A DNA stretch of 63,764 bases, the filler included, from Octopus bimaculoides (taxonomy: Eukaryota): assembly GCF_001194135.2 (NCBI RefSeq). It is 4 parts of 3 records of this genome, joined end to end, with 100 filler letters (N's around TTAATTAATTAA, not from the genome) between each part and the next. Parts side by side here need not be neighbours in the genome. Positions count along the whole stretch, not along the records: positions 1 to 27,514 come from NC_068982.1; 3 more parts are not named here. The stretch is one strand, 5' to 3'. The translations under genes and the position numbers were made by a program. Every line of letters begins with the position of its first letter. The first letter of the stretch is position 1. The notes beneath the pieces are model-generated. The model ran no database searches and was not told where the DNA came from. It saw only the letters and a program-made list of their open reading frames with translations. Positions 12,790-26,685 of this stretch are shown here, piece after piece.

Positions 12790-13200
12790 ACAGTTTACTC
12801 GAAGAAACCACTCTTAGTCTCCACCACGGCCACAAGACGACTCCGGTACCGGGTGCATGCATTTTTCATTGTGTTCCTGGAGTTTATTTTCGAACGTCTT
12901 TTGCATCATGCTAACCACCCTTGACCTTGGTAGTGCAGAGTGAGCGGTTGATGTCGTTCTCTACAGTGCCTCCCGCACAATAATTCTTAGGATAATAATC
13001 GGGGGAATTTGGACGCCAGAAATTGGAGCAGAAGCCGACTATAACTTTTAACAGTTTCCAGAGGTATGGCAAGAGGTCGAATCCTCCTGCCACGTTTTTG
13101 GCCTTCCAGCTGGAACAATTTGCAACCAGCGTCGACCACTGTCTCCAGGCGCTTCAAGAAGCTGTCTAACTCGAACCTATTGTCCTGTTGCTCAGCTTAT
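12790..13200 (-). mobile_element. Tc1/mariner (maT-like) transposase C-terminal relic
   Basis: WQEDSTSCHTSG, FWRPNSPDYYPKNYCAGGTVENDINRSLCTTK, MKNACTRYRSRLVAVVETKSGFFE*; homologous to the 38906-39937 transposase. Confidence 0.8.
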
Positions 13201-16200
13201 GGTTCTTTTGACTTTAAGGACTTTCGAAACTAGATTTACTGATACGATACCTTATTGATTCATAACAGACTTAAACATTTTGTATAATTTATGAAATTTT
13301 AGCAAATAGCTGTATCTGTATCAACGCAGCATCTCAAAAATTATGCTAATATTAAATTTAGAATGTAACAATATAAAAGAGTTTTACAGGATGAATAACA
13401 TATAAAGAGATATCAATGAATAAGTACTACATTTAAACCAGCTCCAGATATCTGTCAACAATATTTGGAGTTAGTATGGAAAGTATAAAAAAATGATGAC
13501 ATCATTCATAAAGCCATTAAAATAAAATGAAACGTATAGTTTTCGCTTCGGAAAAATATATCACATCGTATTTATATGTATTTATATATGATGTCAGTTA
13601 CCTGGCCTATGGATTAAGAGATATAAGTACCACTTCATCTGTATTTATAAATAAGTACATCGGTTATTATAATAACAATGAAATAAAAAATGCATCAAGC
13701 TTTCCCATTTGACATTTTGGAGAATGCATTTTGATGGTTGAGTAATAAAATATAAAATTTGAAAATGAAACTTCAAAATATTGGAAACTTTTTTCAGAAA
13801 ATGGAAATATAAAATAACAAATTGCGGTTTTGAACATTAATATTTTTAAAATATTTCCCTTTCATTTCACATGAAAATATTCAAAGCCAAATTTTAAAAA
13901 TGAATATTGATTATTTTTCCAAAATAAATTCTTCCCTTTGAGGGGAAATTATCTTTTATATCAAAAGGAAGGCGGGGGAATACAAAGCTGTTATATCGTC
14001 CTTCTCAATTCCAGACTCAAGCATTCAATTAATATAAAGGTGGCTCTCGATTAAATTAAAAACAATCATTTCCATCCTTTGGGAAATTCTTAGAAAACAG
14101 TGCAGAAAATTTGCAATGGTTAAATCATTGTTCATTTTAAATGGAAATTTCTGACAATAGCTAATTAAGTGAATGCATTGATTGTGCCAGGTGGAAGGGA
14201 AATGAAACGTATGTGGGTATGTTAGTAGTATCATTTAAGTTAACAATGATTTCGAACTTTTGCTATTAGATAAATGAAGAAAAAATATAAATAAGATCAT
14301 AATGTTAATGTTTTGATATTTCCATGCTTGATGTCAACAACTAAATTCATGATGCAAATTTTATCTCCGATAATATGCAGAGACACCTTTACATCTAGTA
14401 TTAAAACAACGTCATTGGTTCACATAATTAAATTCATATTAAAAATACTGATAAATAATATTTTTTTTTTTAATATGGAGATTTGAGATCGCAACTTAGT
14501 TTTGGAATCCACCTAAAGATATCTCACACTGTTTAAATTGTTATTTTATTAAGGTATTTCGAATTGGTATAATATCATTGCATTTCAAAAGAAGTGTTTA
14601 TTTATATCACGTATATTATATCTACATATTTAATACAGTTTTGTTCCGTCGATATGGAAAACTTTGTACGTGGTCAATATATCACTTTCAGAATGCTGCA
14701 TATTTCCAAAGTACAGTGTTTTCTTGTACACAATTGTTGACAGTCGAGGGCTTGGGGACGTAGAGATATGGAATTACTTACTTGTAGGGTTACAATTTAT
14801 TTTAATGCTTTGGTTGTGTGGAAGCCATCGCTATCTTCGATTTAATCTTATTATCTGTATTGTTTAGATTCTTAATGAGTCAATAATTCTGTGCAGATCT
14901 ATTTATATTTATTTGGACTATTTGAAAGTTAGGGCATGTTCAGGTTAATATTCCTTATTTTGGAATAAAGTATCATAAAACTAATTTAAATTCCGATTTT
15001 ATACATGTGCCACTGCAAATGAGTTTTCCATCATTTCTAGTTTATTTGCTTCTCACTGTTAGATACTTAGCGAATCATATACATAATTTCAACCTTAAAA
15101 TCTACATTTTGTTTTTGCAATTTTGTGAATAATTTCGACGAAAATAAGAGGCTCAGAAGGGCTAATCACATCATGATTTGATCTAATCAATATGTTTCTT
15201 CGTATTCTACCGTTTTAACATTTTATTTCCCCAATTTCCTGTTGGACAGAGCTGTTACTCAGGGGAAGTTTCATACTGAGCTACGATCGATGTTCTCTAA
15301 ATTAGACGCATAAGTATATCCATAGCTCAAACAGAAAGGAAATAATGCTTAATGATATTTAATATTTGAATACATCTTATAACCACAGGTCTATCACCGC
15401 ATTAGATGCAGCTATATACGTATCTAATACGCAACATGCAACATAAGTGATCAGACCTAAAGAAACGAGTGTCATATCATTTAATTGATTGTGCTTTCCC
15501 CTTCATTTTTATGAGTTGTTGCCCATATTTTTACTTGCATTGTCTTTCAACACATTACTTACGTTTAATACATGTATATAGTTTATATTTGTTAATTTAA
15601 AATCTAGCTCTATTCAAATTATTTTACGTTGTTTTCTCATTCCTTCAGATTATATTAAGTTTCGGACATTTCTATCCTTCCCTATCGACCTTCACTTTTC
15701 TGTCTTTACTAGTGCAGCACTAAGTCTTCATGCCATTAGATTTCTACATTTTTTGTTTGTATTATTTTCTTCTTCCAATAGATTTGTTGCCGTATCCATT
15801 TTCCCCCCGTTAACGTATCCGTTTTTCTTCTGTTACCGTATCCATCTTTGTTCCTAACACACAGTAGCTCCGCTAAGGCTTCACAGAAATATTAAGGACA
15901 GAGCGACAACTAACATACAAAGCAAGATGTATTAACCAACAGAACCTTGTTACAATGATCCTTTCTAGAAAATAATAATTTTTAATTTCTGAATGAAAAT
16001 ATTCTAATACTGGAATAATTCCTTAAAGTAAACAACTGCTTCTACTGAAACGGTATTTTTAGATAATCAAACATTCTGAAGGAAATTGTATTTTGTTAAG
16101 GACAATGACAGCTTTGTAGCGAACAGTCTGGCTAAAATTAATATATCATGTTTGAAACATATGCTATATTAATTGAATTACACACACTCATGGTGTCTAA

Positions 16201-16381
16201 TTAATGATAGCTCGTAGAAACATTTCATATTCCTGAAAGAACTTTATTATGTCTCCAAAAGAATAATGAACTGGCAGTGAAACTATTATTTTATTAAAAG
16301 TGTGTGCATAGGGTTTTATAGTTTCACATTTACATAAACAACGATTAGATGAGAGTAACAATCTTTTGTTCCTTCATGCAG

Positions 16382-16441
16382 AAATGTAATCCCGTATATT
16401 ATAAATTCAAAGCATATTATTGATATTCTAGCTGATGCATG
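16382..16441 (+). CDS. Candidate internal coding exon of an unidentified gene (60 nt, phase 2-2)
   Basis: Acceptor cttttgttccttcatgcag, donor GTAAGT, single open frame NVIPYIINSKHIIDILADA; no homology recognised. Confidence 0.25.
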
Positions 16442-17178
16442 GTAAGTTAACTCCAGATCATATTGATAGTTAGCGATTAACTTTAAAAAAGTCGCTTGTG
16501 TTTATTGAAAGTGTGCGTCAGATAAACCAACTTATCAGCTATGTTTATTCCAGCAGAATGTTAATCGGTAGCAGAATAGTAATTATAAAGCCGAGACATT
16601 AAGTAGCATATGGACGTATGCACACTTGACAAAGAAGAGTGAGATCATGTACATATTACAATGTGTGTTTGAAAGTGAAACGATGTTGTTTCATCTAGAA
16701 TCAAATGTAAAAGCATAGTATCTGGTCTGCATGAGTCAAATAAGTTGTCTTTCATGACATTGTTCGCTTAATTGTAGAATGCATAGAATATCGATAATTT
16801 CTGTTACACAACATTATAGACTCTATATGATACCCTTCCCTAGAGAAGTATAGACATATGATGAAATTCCTTTCAACAATAATGTAAACACACAATATAA
16901 ACCTGCCGCAAGATACATCGATATTTTGTAATGATGGCCGTCCTTATGTTAGCAGTGCACTCTTTCAAGTTACTTCACTGGCACATATTTATTTGTTTTA
17001 ATGCATACCTAATATATTTGTTGAGTGATATCTGGACAATGAGTCCCAGTTTCCGTAATACTGAGTATGTAGATACATAAATCTAAAAAAAAAATTCGGC
17101 CCTTCAGATTGCAATGCGATTGTTTGAAACATTTTAGACGTTATATATGTATGTGTATGTATGTATGTCTGCCTATCT

Positions 17179-17262
<84 letters not shown>

Positions 17263-17689
17263 NNNNNNNNNNNNNNNNNNNNNNNNNNNNNNNNNNNNNN
17301 NNNNNNNNNNNNNNNNNNNNNNNNNNNNNNNNNNNNNNNNNNNNNNNNNNNNNNNNNNNNNNNNNNNNNNNNNNNNNNNNNNNNNNNNNNNNNNNNNNNN
17401 NNNNNNNNNNNNNNNNNNNNNNNNNNNNNNNNNNNNNNNNNNNNNNNNNNNNNNNNNNNNNNNNNNNNNNNNNNNNNNNNNNNNNNNNNNNNNNNNNNNN
17501 NNNNNNNNNNNNNNNNNNNNNNNNNNNNNNNNNNNNNNNNNNNNNNNNNNNNNNNNNNNNNNNNNNNNNNNNNNNNNNNNNNNNNNNNNNNNNNNNNNNN
17601 NNNNNNNNNNNNNNNNNNNNNNNNNNNNNNNNNNNNNNNNNNNNNNNNNNNNNNNNNNNNNNNNNNNNNNNNNNNNNNNNNNNNNNNNN

Positions 17690-17726
<37 letters not shown>

Positions 17727-18399
17727 AAAGAAGGAAAATGCACCAAGTTTACATAGTTTTAATATATTTGAAATGAAAGCGTTGTGGTTGTCGGCCGATT
17801 TCGCTTTCGTTAATCATGACATCAAAATTCTTGTGATTTCATATTATGTGAAGAAGATTTTAGTCTATGTTCTTGTGTGAGCGTTTGTGAATGAACCAAC
17901 AAGGAGAAAAATCTAAGGAGAGGTCATTGGTGATAGTTATTACTAGGGAAAGGGGAGGTAATTACTAATTTAGGTTGGTGGGATAAGTAAATATACAAAC
18001 ACTTATGTGCTAGAATAGTGAGATGAATTATGTACAGTGATTGATACGAGATCAGGAATTACAATATATAATCAGACCAAAGTTGTGGTGAAAGAGTACT
18101 GCAGAGTATGCGTTCATATTTAGGCGTTTCCTAAATTTTTTGATAAATACATTTTCTTTATTTAAGTTATGTTTTACATTAAGTGTTTCTTTGTTGTGGT
18201 AGATGGGGAGAACTGAAATTTAGTTGGAGATTCCCTGCACAGCTGTCTGTGTGTTCATTCACAGTTATCTGTCCATACCTTTTGAAACGGGTCTGTTTCT
18301 TATGTAGTGCTGTTCTCCGTCTAAGTGACATAGTTTTCTGTAGTATAAGAGCAACATCACTTGTGCATCTACGAATTTAATTATAACTTGTTCAGGTTG

Positions 18400-18610
18400 T
18401 GGGCGCGTGTGTATGTGTGTGTATTAGTGGCAGCGTCTTTTTCTGTGCTTGTCTGCCACCACCGCTTGAGAAGCAGTGTTGGTGTGTCTATGTGCTCGTG
18501 AATTAACTGCTCCTCAAACAAGACTGATAGAATATGTACAAGGCTTTAAAAACAATTAACTTCCTTAATTCACTGCCTCACCATGGACACAGTCTAATGA
18601 TTAAAGCAAA
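18400..18610 (+). mobile_element. SINE family B, 3' part, decayed
   Basis: ccaccaccgcttgagaagcagtgttggtgtgtc...gactgatagaat matches family B body. Confidence 0.6.
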
Positions 18611-18799
18611 AAAAAATACAATTTTCAAGTTATTGATATACATATAGAGAGAGAGAGAGTGAGAGAGAGTGGGGAAGACTCTCCATTAAAGAGAATTAAT
18701 GTAACGAAGCAAGCTTCTTTAAATAACCTTAAAATTCCATATTTTATTACATGAGAAGTACAGTTTAGTTAATTATATTTTTTAGATGAACGAACAGGC

Positions 18800-19115
18800 A
18801 TAGGCGTGGCTGTGTGGTAAGAAGCTTGCTTCCCAGCCACAAGGTTCCGGGTTCGCTCTCATTGCATGTCACTTTGGGCAAGTGTCTTCTTGACCAAAGC
18901 ATTGTGAGTCGATTTGGTAGAGGGAAACTGAAAGAAGACTTTCGTTTGTATATGTGTGTGTGTGTCTATGTATCTGCATCTTTGTGTCTGTGTTTGTCCC
19001 TCAGCACCGCTTGACAACCGTCGTTGGTGTGTCTACCTGCTCGCAACTTAACGGCTCGTCAATGTGCCGAATAGACAATGCACCAGGCTTTATACAAAAT
19101 ATCCTGGGTCCTGGG
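18800..19115 (+). mobile_element. SINE family B
   Basis: ggcgtggctgtgtggtaagaagcttgcttcccagccacaaggttccgggttc head; ggaaactgaaagaag; cgcttgacaaccg. Confidence 0.88.
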
Positions 19116-19502
19116 GGCGATGAGATACAACTGCATCACCGGATGCTCCTGAACTTGTTGAGTGTCCCACCCATGAGGAATCGATGCTAGATGTGTCGAA
19201 ATGATTGTCGTGATTAATAACAAATTCTCGTATATTCCATCCCCCGTCTTTCATTTGCCATATAAACATAAATTTCAGGGAGACTAGTGTTTCATTGAGA
19301 CGGGAGGCTGTGGATTTTTTCGATTAACTGAAAAACGTCTTTCTATTCACATGCCGGGCATGTGAATAAAAATACAAGAATACAAGGAATGGAGTAGATA
19401 AGATCCGGGCTACTTATCTTTCATGTGTTAACATGTACCTCCTTGCTGCAATGTAAACTTTCATTTATTCAAGAGATACACGGACTGACGAGTATTCTGC
19501 GG

Positions 19503-19568
<66 letters not shown>

Positions 19569-19653
19569 CTCCCATACAGCCAGAAACGTAGACACAGTAG
19601 TACATACGCATAATTATATATGTGCGAGTTTACGTTTATACGTAAGTTGCTTT

Positions 19654-19679
<26 letters not shown>

Positions 19680-19684
<5 letters not shown>

Positions 19685-19975
19685 CGACTCAATCGAAGTA
19701 GGACATTCAGTATCATGTTATTGACCAGACTAGCTGTTATACATTGATGTTTACACTGCGCTTTGAGTGATGCCATCCGGTTGATACATCATTCTCTCAC
19801 CTGATCAGAAGACCATTCCGTCGTAGACGAATCTACAGATAAATTGACAGGATCAGGGTAAAAATTATTTGTTTTGCTTAAGAGCACAACGCGCAATCCG
19901 GTTTGGGAATCGAACCTACAATTTATCGGGTCAATCGTGACTGCAACATCTTAACCATTAGGCCATGTGTATTCA
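19680..19975 (-). mobile_element. SINE family C, decayed
   Basis: tttgcttaagagcacaacgcgcaatccggtttgggaatcgaacc..cttaaccattaggcc = reverse-complement tRNA head; similar to 30350 and 58380 copies. Confidence 0.6.
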
Positions 19976-21039
19976 ATATCTGTCAAAATATTTTCTTTAG
20001 CATAAATCCTATACTTATCACATCAGTGTTTCAATGGGCTGTTGTCACTTTGCTTTCTGAATTACATTAACGCCGGAATGAAATAGAAATTACATTATTT
20101 AAAAGCCAAACCGAGAATGTTGCCTGAATATTAGAATATTATATGGCGGAAACTGTTTGGATCATACATTACATTAATTAACTTAGTTATTCTTTATTCA
20201 AATTTTACATAAATCCAACAAGTATTTTGCCCTTTTGTCCTTTCTGACTTCACTAGAATAGCTATGAATGCCATCAACTAAGTTAACTGCAAACGTAGAA
20301 TTTCGCAACAAATCTCTATATACAAATTATTTGCGATGTGTATGCTTGACTTGCCATTGATATCATAATTAGTAATTGCACGTGAAGTCGTAGAATTTTA
20401 ACTGACATTTAAGCAACTGTTCCCTCATTAAATATTTTATATTTATGTAGCAAAACAATTGCTCAAATACGCTGTTCATGTATTACGTACAAATATTTCC
20501 ATAATAATAAGAGTGAACTGAATGAAAGAAGGGATTTATTTCAAGCTTATCCTTATATCTCTTGAATTAAGCAAGTAAATATTTAGATAAATCTGGTTCA
20601 CTAATTTGTATAAATATAAAAGTTATGCTTTAGATCCCTCCATGTCACTCCACTACATCAGTGCCATTTTCTTCACTTTATATATAGATCCATATATTTT
20701 GTAGCGTTTCCAAACTGCAGACACTCAATATATTTAATTCCATCTGTTAATGATTACGATAGTTCATGACAAATTTGTAGCATATTGTGGACATAAATTA
20801 AATCTTTTTTTTTTTTTTTTTGCGAAATATTATTGAATAAGCGTAAATTCTTGAACCTTTGGGGTAAATGTCTGAGAACTTTTCGTTCAATATTCGCTGT
20901 GATTGAACTGCCTGCTTCAATAGACTCGATATTTTAAAAGAAATTATCGAACCTTTTCCAAATAGTTTCTCAGAAATATTACGAAACACAAATATTTAAT
21001 ACGAGCTGAAAGAATGAGAAATTCTTGCAAATGTTGGTA

Positions 21040-21175
21040 AAAGGCCAGAAAAACCTGTGATAAAGACATGTCGATTATACCGACGCCAGTACTCCACTGC
21101 TACTTATTTTATTGACCCGAAAAGATGAAACGAATGGTCGACCTCTTCGAATTTGAACAAAGAACGTAAATTAAA
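21040..21175 (-). mobile_element. SINE family A fragment
   Basis: gtcgattataccgac..tacttattttattgacccgaaaagatgaaacg..gaatttgaacaaagaacgta. Confidence 0.75.
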
Positions 21176-22104
21176 CAATTACAAAAGTGAATAATAAATT
21201 GGTTTCCAATGCTGCCTTTTTTTAAAATTTTTAAGTCTATTTTTTGATTGTGTTCAAGCTATTTTTGCTGCTAACTTGTGGCTTAATATTTCTAACGTAG
21301 GAATGTCTAGCACAAATACTCATTTATATTACTTAAATAGAATTCGCAAATTCCGCTACTTGAAAAAATTCTAGAATGCCAAATTCAAGTTTAGCTTACG
21401 TCAGTTTTCTCAAAAGCATTTCCATATATATATACATACGTACATATGTGTGAGTGTAAAAGTAGAGTCACTGTCACACAGAATATATCGTTGTAATATC
21501 TGCGTATGAGAGAATTCTATGTAATGTCTGCTATGTAACAGAGAGAAACGAAGCCATCTCTGATTTTTTTTTTATCTATTGCTCTATATTACGTACACTC
21601 AACTTCAAAGTAGTATAAAATCATTGGAATGTTTTTGCATTTGTAAAAAATGAGAGCGGCAAAATTTGTTTTTTATAAGGACATGAAAATTCTCTGAAAA
21701 GAGTTAGACGCTTAGCTGAAGTTCAAGAAATAGGTAAATATACTTACCTGTTACTTTCGAATCAAGAGGTATTTCATGTTATTAAATGGCGCTAACAACT
21801 ACACAACTCACAGAATTAACCACTAATTTAATGCATTGTTTGCACAGTGAAACGCTTAGCAGTGATACATATTTTAGGACTTTTGTTCTATTACAGGGTA
21901 TGGTATTTTTCTGCCGTATATCAGGGTATTATCGGATGAAGCTTGGCCCTGGTTAAAATTGAAATACGTTTGCTTTCTAGCTGAACATAGGAGGAAGACG
22001 TGAATATCAAGAGTATATAAGTCTCATCTTATATAAACCACTACATAATTGCAACGTCTATGATGATTGCATGTAAAACTCAAAAACTTATATTGAATCC
22101 TTTG

Positions 22105-22310
22105 AACTACGAGCACAAAACCCGAATTTCTGGGGGAGGGACACAGTCGATTACATCGATCAAAGTGATATTGTGGTACTTAATTTATCGACCCCGACAG
22201 GCTAAAAGGCAAAGTCAACCTCGCCAGAATATGAACTCAGAACGTAAAAATACGATCAAAATACTGCTAAGCATTAGGCCGGTATGCTAACGATTCTGCT
22301 AGCTTGCTGC
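22105..22310 (-). mobile_element. SINE family A
   Basis: gtcgattacatcga..atcgaccccgacaggctaaaaggcaaagtcaacctc..gaactcagaacgta..cgattctgctagc. Confidence 0.85.
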
Positions 22311-23899
22311 TGATATTGAATTGTAAGTAAATTGTATTGAGTTACGCTATCGCATGCACATCAATATTACTTATCGTTTACTGGTGTGTGAGTTTGCTGC
22401 GCCAAAATCATAGATGACAATACAAAGTATGAGTAGGATAAATATTTTTTATAACTTTATAATATCTTTTCCAAATCTTTGCCCTTCAGGGTCTAATTCA
22501 AAATAAGTAGAATATTGGTCTGCAATTTATCATCTCAAAAAGTGTAACCCATAATTTGATGGGCTTTAAAATCCTATGAAAAATATTTTTTCAACAGAAT
22601 TGTAAATTTTGAGAGACGAATTCGCGTGATTTTAGAAAATAATGTATCTTTTTTATTGTTTGTCAATTATAGAATTTATATGAGGCATTGGAGATGTTTA
22701 TAGAGAATACTTCTATTATTTATGTTCAAAGCTGACAGGTTGTATGATATCTTTAATGGATTATCGTAATTTTAAACAAAATTCACTACTTTCCATCTCA
22801 GTAAGACAAAGCACTTCTATATTTAGTAGAATTCGTTAGAAACACTTGAGAGCTCATTATATAATGTTACTTCATGAACTTGCGTCTAATCTAATGATTA
22901 CGTTTGTTCGCTTTTTGTAAATGGTGGGCGTAGAAATGCTCATTTGCTTAAGCCATTCGTTTCTTTAAAGGTTAATGGGCGCAAAGGTGTCATCTAAGTG
23001 CACGAATCAGTCATAAGGAATATGACTTCTTATTCAGATTAATGATGTCACTCACTTTCAATAATAGGATCATATATAATTAAGATCTGCATCACACGTC
23101 ACAAATTATACCTTGTGGGACTGAGCTATCATTCACTGAAGGAGCAAAAAAAAATATCAGAAGAACAGCAGCAGAATAGAAGATATTACAATAAAGCTTG
23201 ACTTACAGGTTTTTCAAACATTTTATTCGTTGGTAACCATCTGCGGTAGGAATGATGTAACAATTGATCACTTAATTAACAATCAATAGAAATTATATAT
23301 ATCGCTTTAAGTTAAGGAAATTTTCATTCTTATCTGAATGGGACAGAAACAACATTTTCAATATACCTGCACTTTAACAAATTTTCTTTCTCGCAATGGC
23401 GGTTATTTCATACACAATATCCGACCATCCTGTCGTTCTATATGTAATTTCTTTTTCCTCTTTCTTTTCTACTGGATAAGAAGGCATGCCTCCATTTCAG
23501 AGGCTTTCATCGAAACATTTTTATATGTCAATGAGTATATTTGCTATTAAAGCTAACAATTTCATTTCATATGCTGCTGACTTTTTAGCATGTATTGTGT
23601 AGGTGAAATGACAATTTACAACATATTTGACCATGATTTATCATAATAGGACCCCACCATCACCCTAAAGCAGTGAAAGAGCACATGCACGAGCATGTGT
23701 GTGTTTCTGGAACAACATACTTCTTTTTAGTGTAATTTTTTGTGTTTGTATGTGATGAAATACATATACAATGAAATATCACATACAATCGCCATTTTTT
23801 AACTAATACTACTTTATACGCTTGCAAGCTAAATAGTTACCCATCGTGATTGAACTACAATCTTCATCATCTTCGTCTTCAAATTTATTATCATTATTG

Positions 23900-24165
23900 T
23901 GAGGAAGCAATGCCTAGTGTTTAGAGTGTTGCACGCACGATCGTGAGATTGTCGCTTTAATTCCTAGACCAGGTGATGCGTAGTCATCTTGCGTAAAACA
24001 CTGCAGCTCACGATCTTCTGCTGTCGCAGCGACACCTGGTGTATAGTACACTTTACACCTATTCAGGAAACATCGATTTGATGAAGCGAGTTAGCTAACG
24101 TACGGCACAAATATTTGATCACTATAAACGAATCATTTCTGTAGGTCTTTCGGCAAAAGCTGAAC
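23900..24165 (+). mobile_element. SINE family C
   Basis: gcaatgcctagtgtttagagtgttgcac..gagattgtcgctttaattcctagaccagg tRNA-like head. Confidence 0.55.
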
Positions 24166-24174
24166 GCGCATATC

Positions 24175-24585
<411 letters not shown>

Positions 24586-25836
24586 CGGGAACCCACTCAG
24601 AAGCTCGAGTCTTATGTACGGTTGTTTGTTTGTTTGTTTGTGTGTGTGTTTGTTTGTGTGGGTGTGTGTGTGTGTGTGTATGTGTGTGTGTATGTGTGTG
24701 TGTGTGTGCGCGTGTCTGAGTGTGCGTGCATATGTTCCTTATGCATTCCAAAGCCGAATTGCCGATTGTGACTTATGGGATATCAAAAGATTCAGTAAGC
24801 TTTTGGCTACCAACTAAACTATATTTTCATTCATCTATTCGCATTACAAAGATTTAACGGTGTCATTTTTCATTTAGTCTTCTATCATAAACGACAATCT
24901 ATATCACCATCGAACGACGATGACGTCACAATTTCTATATGAGTGTGTTCACGCGTTCGTAACCTACGTTAGGCCAATGACTGAAAAGCATGTGTGTGAC
25001 GGTGCATGTGTTTTTTTTATATACATATATACATTTTGGTGACGACTGACACACACAGGAAGAGCGAAAGGTTTCAGGTATACTTTAATGTATGTGTGCT
25101 TGTGTAGATGTGTCTTAGTTTATGTACGTAACTTTCTCTCGCCCAAAGGTGAAACGCCCCGATATTGGAAGTTTAGTTACGGCTTGGACTTTAAACGAAC
25201 AACAACGTTTATTTTCAAGTACTACGACATGAAGATTTGGTTGATTTCTTGCCACCCAAAATACTCACAAATATATCTGAAGTAAATGTTATTCTGGTTA
25301 GTATAACAAATTCGGAAACTTGACGAAGGAGAAAGCCTCAGCGGCTCTTTCACTATAATTATAGAAATGTTATTCCACTCCTTCTAACCAGTTTCACTAT
25401 AATTCTTAAGAGTCCTCCTAAGTGTCTCACATCCTTTTTAGTGCGTTAGTCAGTATTTATTCTACAGCCTATAATGTGGCTGACCCCTAGGGGTAGATGT
25501 TAAAAAATATATAGTAATGTCAAATTCATATATATCTTGCTACATACATACTTCAGCAAATACTTTAAATTAACGTTCACAACAACAGCAACTTCCTTTC
25601 TATACACTGTGTTCAGCGTTAGTTTCAAAATTGTAAAATAAATTATTTTTGTATGAAAAATTGAATTATACATTCTGAATTTTCTTGGACTTTCACTTTC
25701 TTCACCAATATATTCAATCGTAAATTTTATAACATTTTGTACAGGTTCCAAATAAATGTTGACTTTCTGTACTTTGTTATATTGGCGACATTTAATAACG
25801 CTTGCTAAATTCGTGCTTTACCATTTTTTTTTCCAG

Positions 25837-25855
25837 TATAACTATGCTAGAGAAA
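25837..25855 (+). CDS. Candidate 19-nt micro-exon (ITMLEK), duplicated at 25935-25953 (ITMLQK)
   Basis: ttttttttccag|...|GTATGT and tttttgttatag|...|GTGTGT within a ~98-bp tandem duplication. Confidence 0.25.
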
Positions 25856-26382
25856 GTATGTTTTGCACCTATTTTGACTACATTTAGAAACGTTTGCTAA
25901 ATTGGTGACTTTCCCCTTTTTTTTTTTGTTATAGCATAACTATGCTACAGAAAGTGTGTTTTGTATCTATATTGAAACACCGTTACAAATTAAGAAATTG
26001 CGGTGGGGATAGGAGGAAATTAAAATATTGTAAACGTGATTTGTGGACATAATCAAATTAACCCCCTTTTATACGATGAACCAATACTCATTCTCATGCT
26101 TCTTAAGGACAGAAAGCACTTTCATGCAAATTGTACCCGCACCCTTCACTATTAAACAAACAATAACTTCCATTNNNNNNNNNNNNNNNNNNNNNNNNNN
26201 NNNNNNNNNNNNNNNNNNNNNNNNNNNNNNNNNNNNNNNNNNNNNNNNNNNNNNNNNNNNNNNNNNNNNNNNNNNNNNNNNNNNNNNNNNNNNNNNNNNN
26301 NNNNNNNNNNNNNNNNNNNNNNNNNNNNNNNNNNNNNNNNNNNNNNNNNNNNNNNNNNNNNNNNNNNNNNNNNNNNNNNNNN

Positions 26383-26420
<38 letters not shown>

Positions 26421-26449
26421 TGTTTGTGTGTGTGTGTGTGTGTGTATGT

Positions 26450-26615
26450 GTGTAGGACGACTTTCTTTCAGTTTCTGTCTACCAAATCTACTCACAATGC
26501 TTTGGTTTGCCCGATGCTATAGTAGGAGACACTTACCCAAACTGCCATGCTGCGGGACTGAAACGGAAACCATGTGGTTGGGAAGCAAGCCTCTTAACAC
26601 ACAGTCCCTCCTGCG
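26450..26615 (-). mobile_element. SINE family B, 5' half
   Basis: Reverse complement gives cgcaggagggactgtgtgttaagaggcttgcttcccaaccacatgg head. Confidence 0.85.
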
Positions 26616-26650
26616 GCTGTGTGTGTGTGAGTGTGAGTGTGAGTGTGTGC

Positions 26651-26685
<35 letters not shown>

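Noticed and set aside
12067-12924. Long ORFs spanning N gaps (also 17109, 26043, 49230, 51627, 59667)
   Set aside because: Open only because Ns translate as X and flanks are dinucleotide repeats
15785-15850. Three CGTATCC motifs with short spacers
   Set aside because: Only three short copies, spacers share sequence; not a CRISPR-like array, probably local duplication
25315-25420. TTGACGAAGG..CCT hammerhead-like start
   Set aside because: No GAAA in register and no stem I/III pairing
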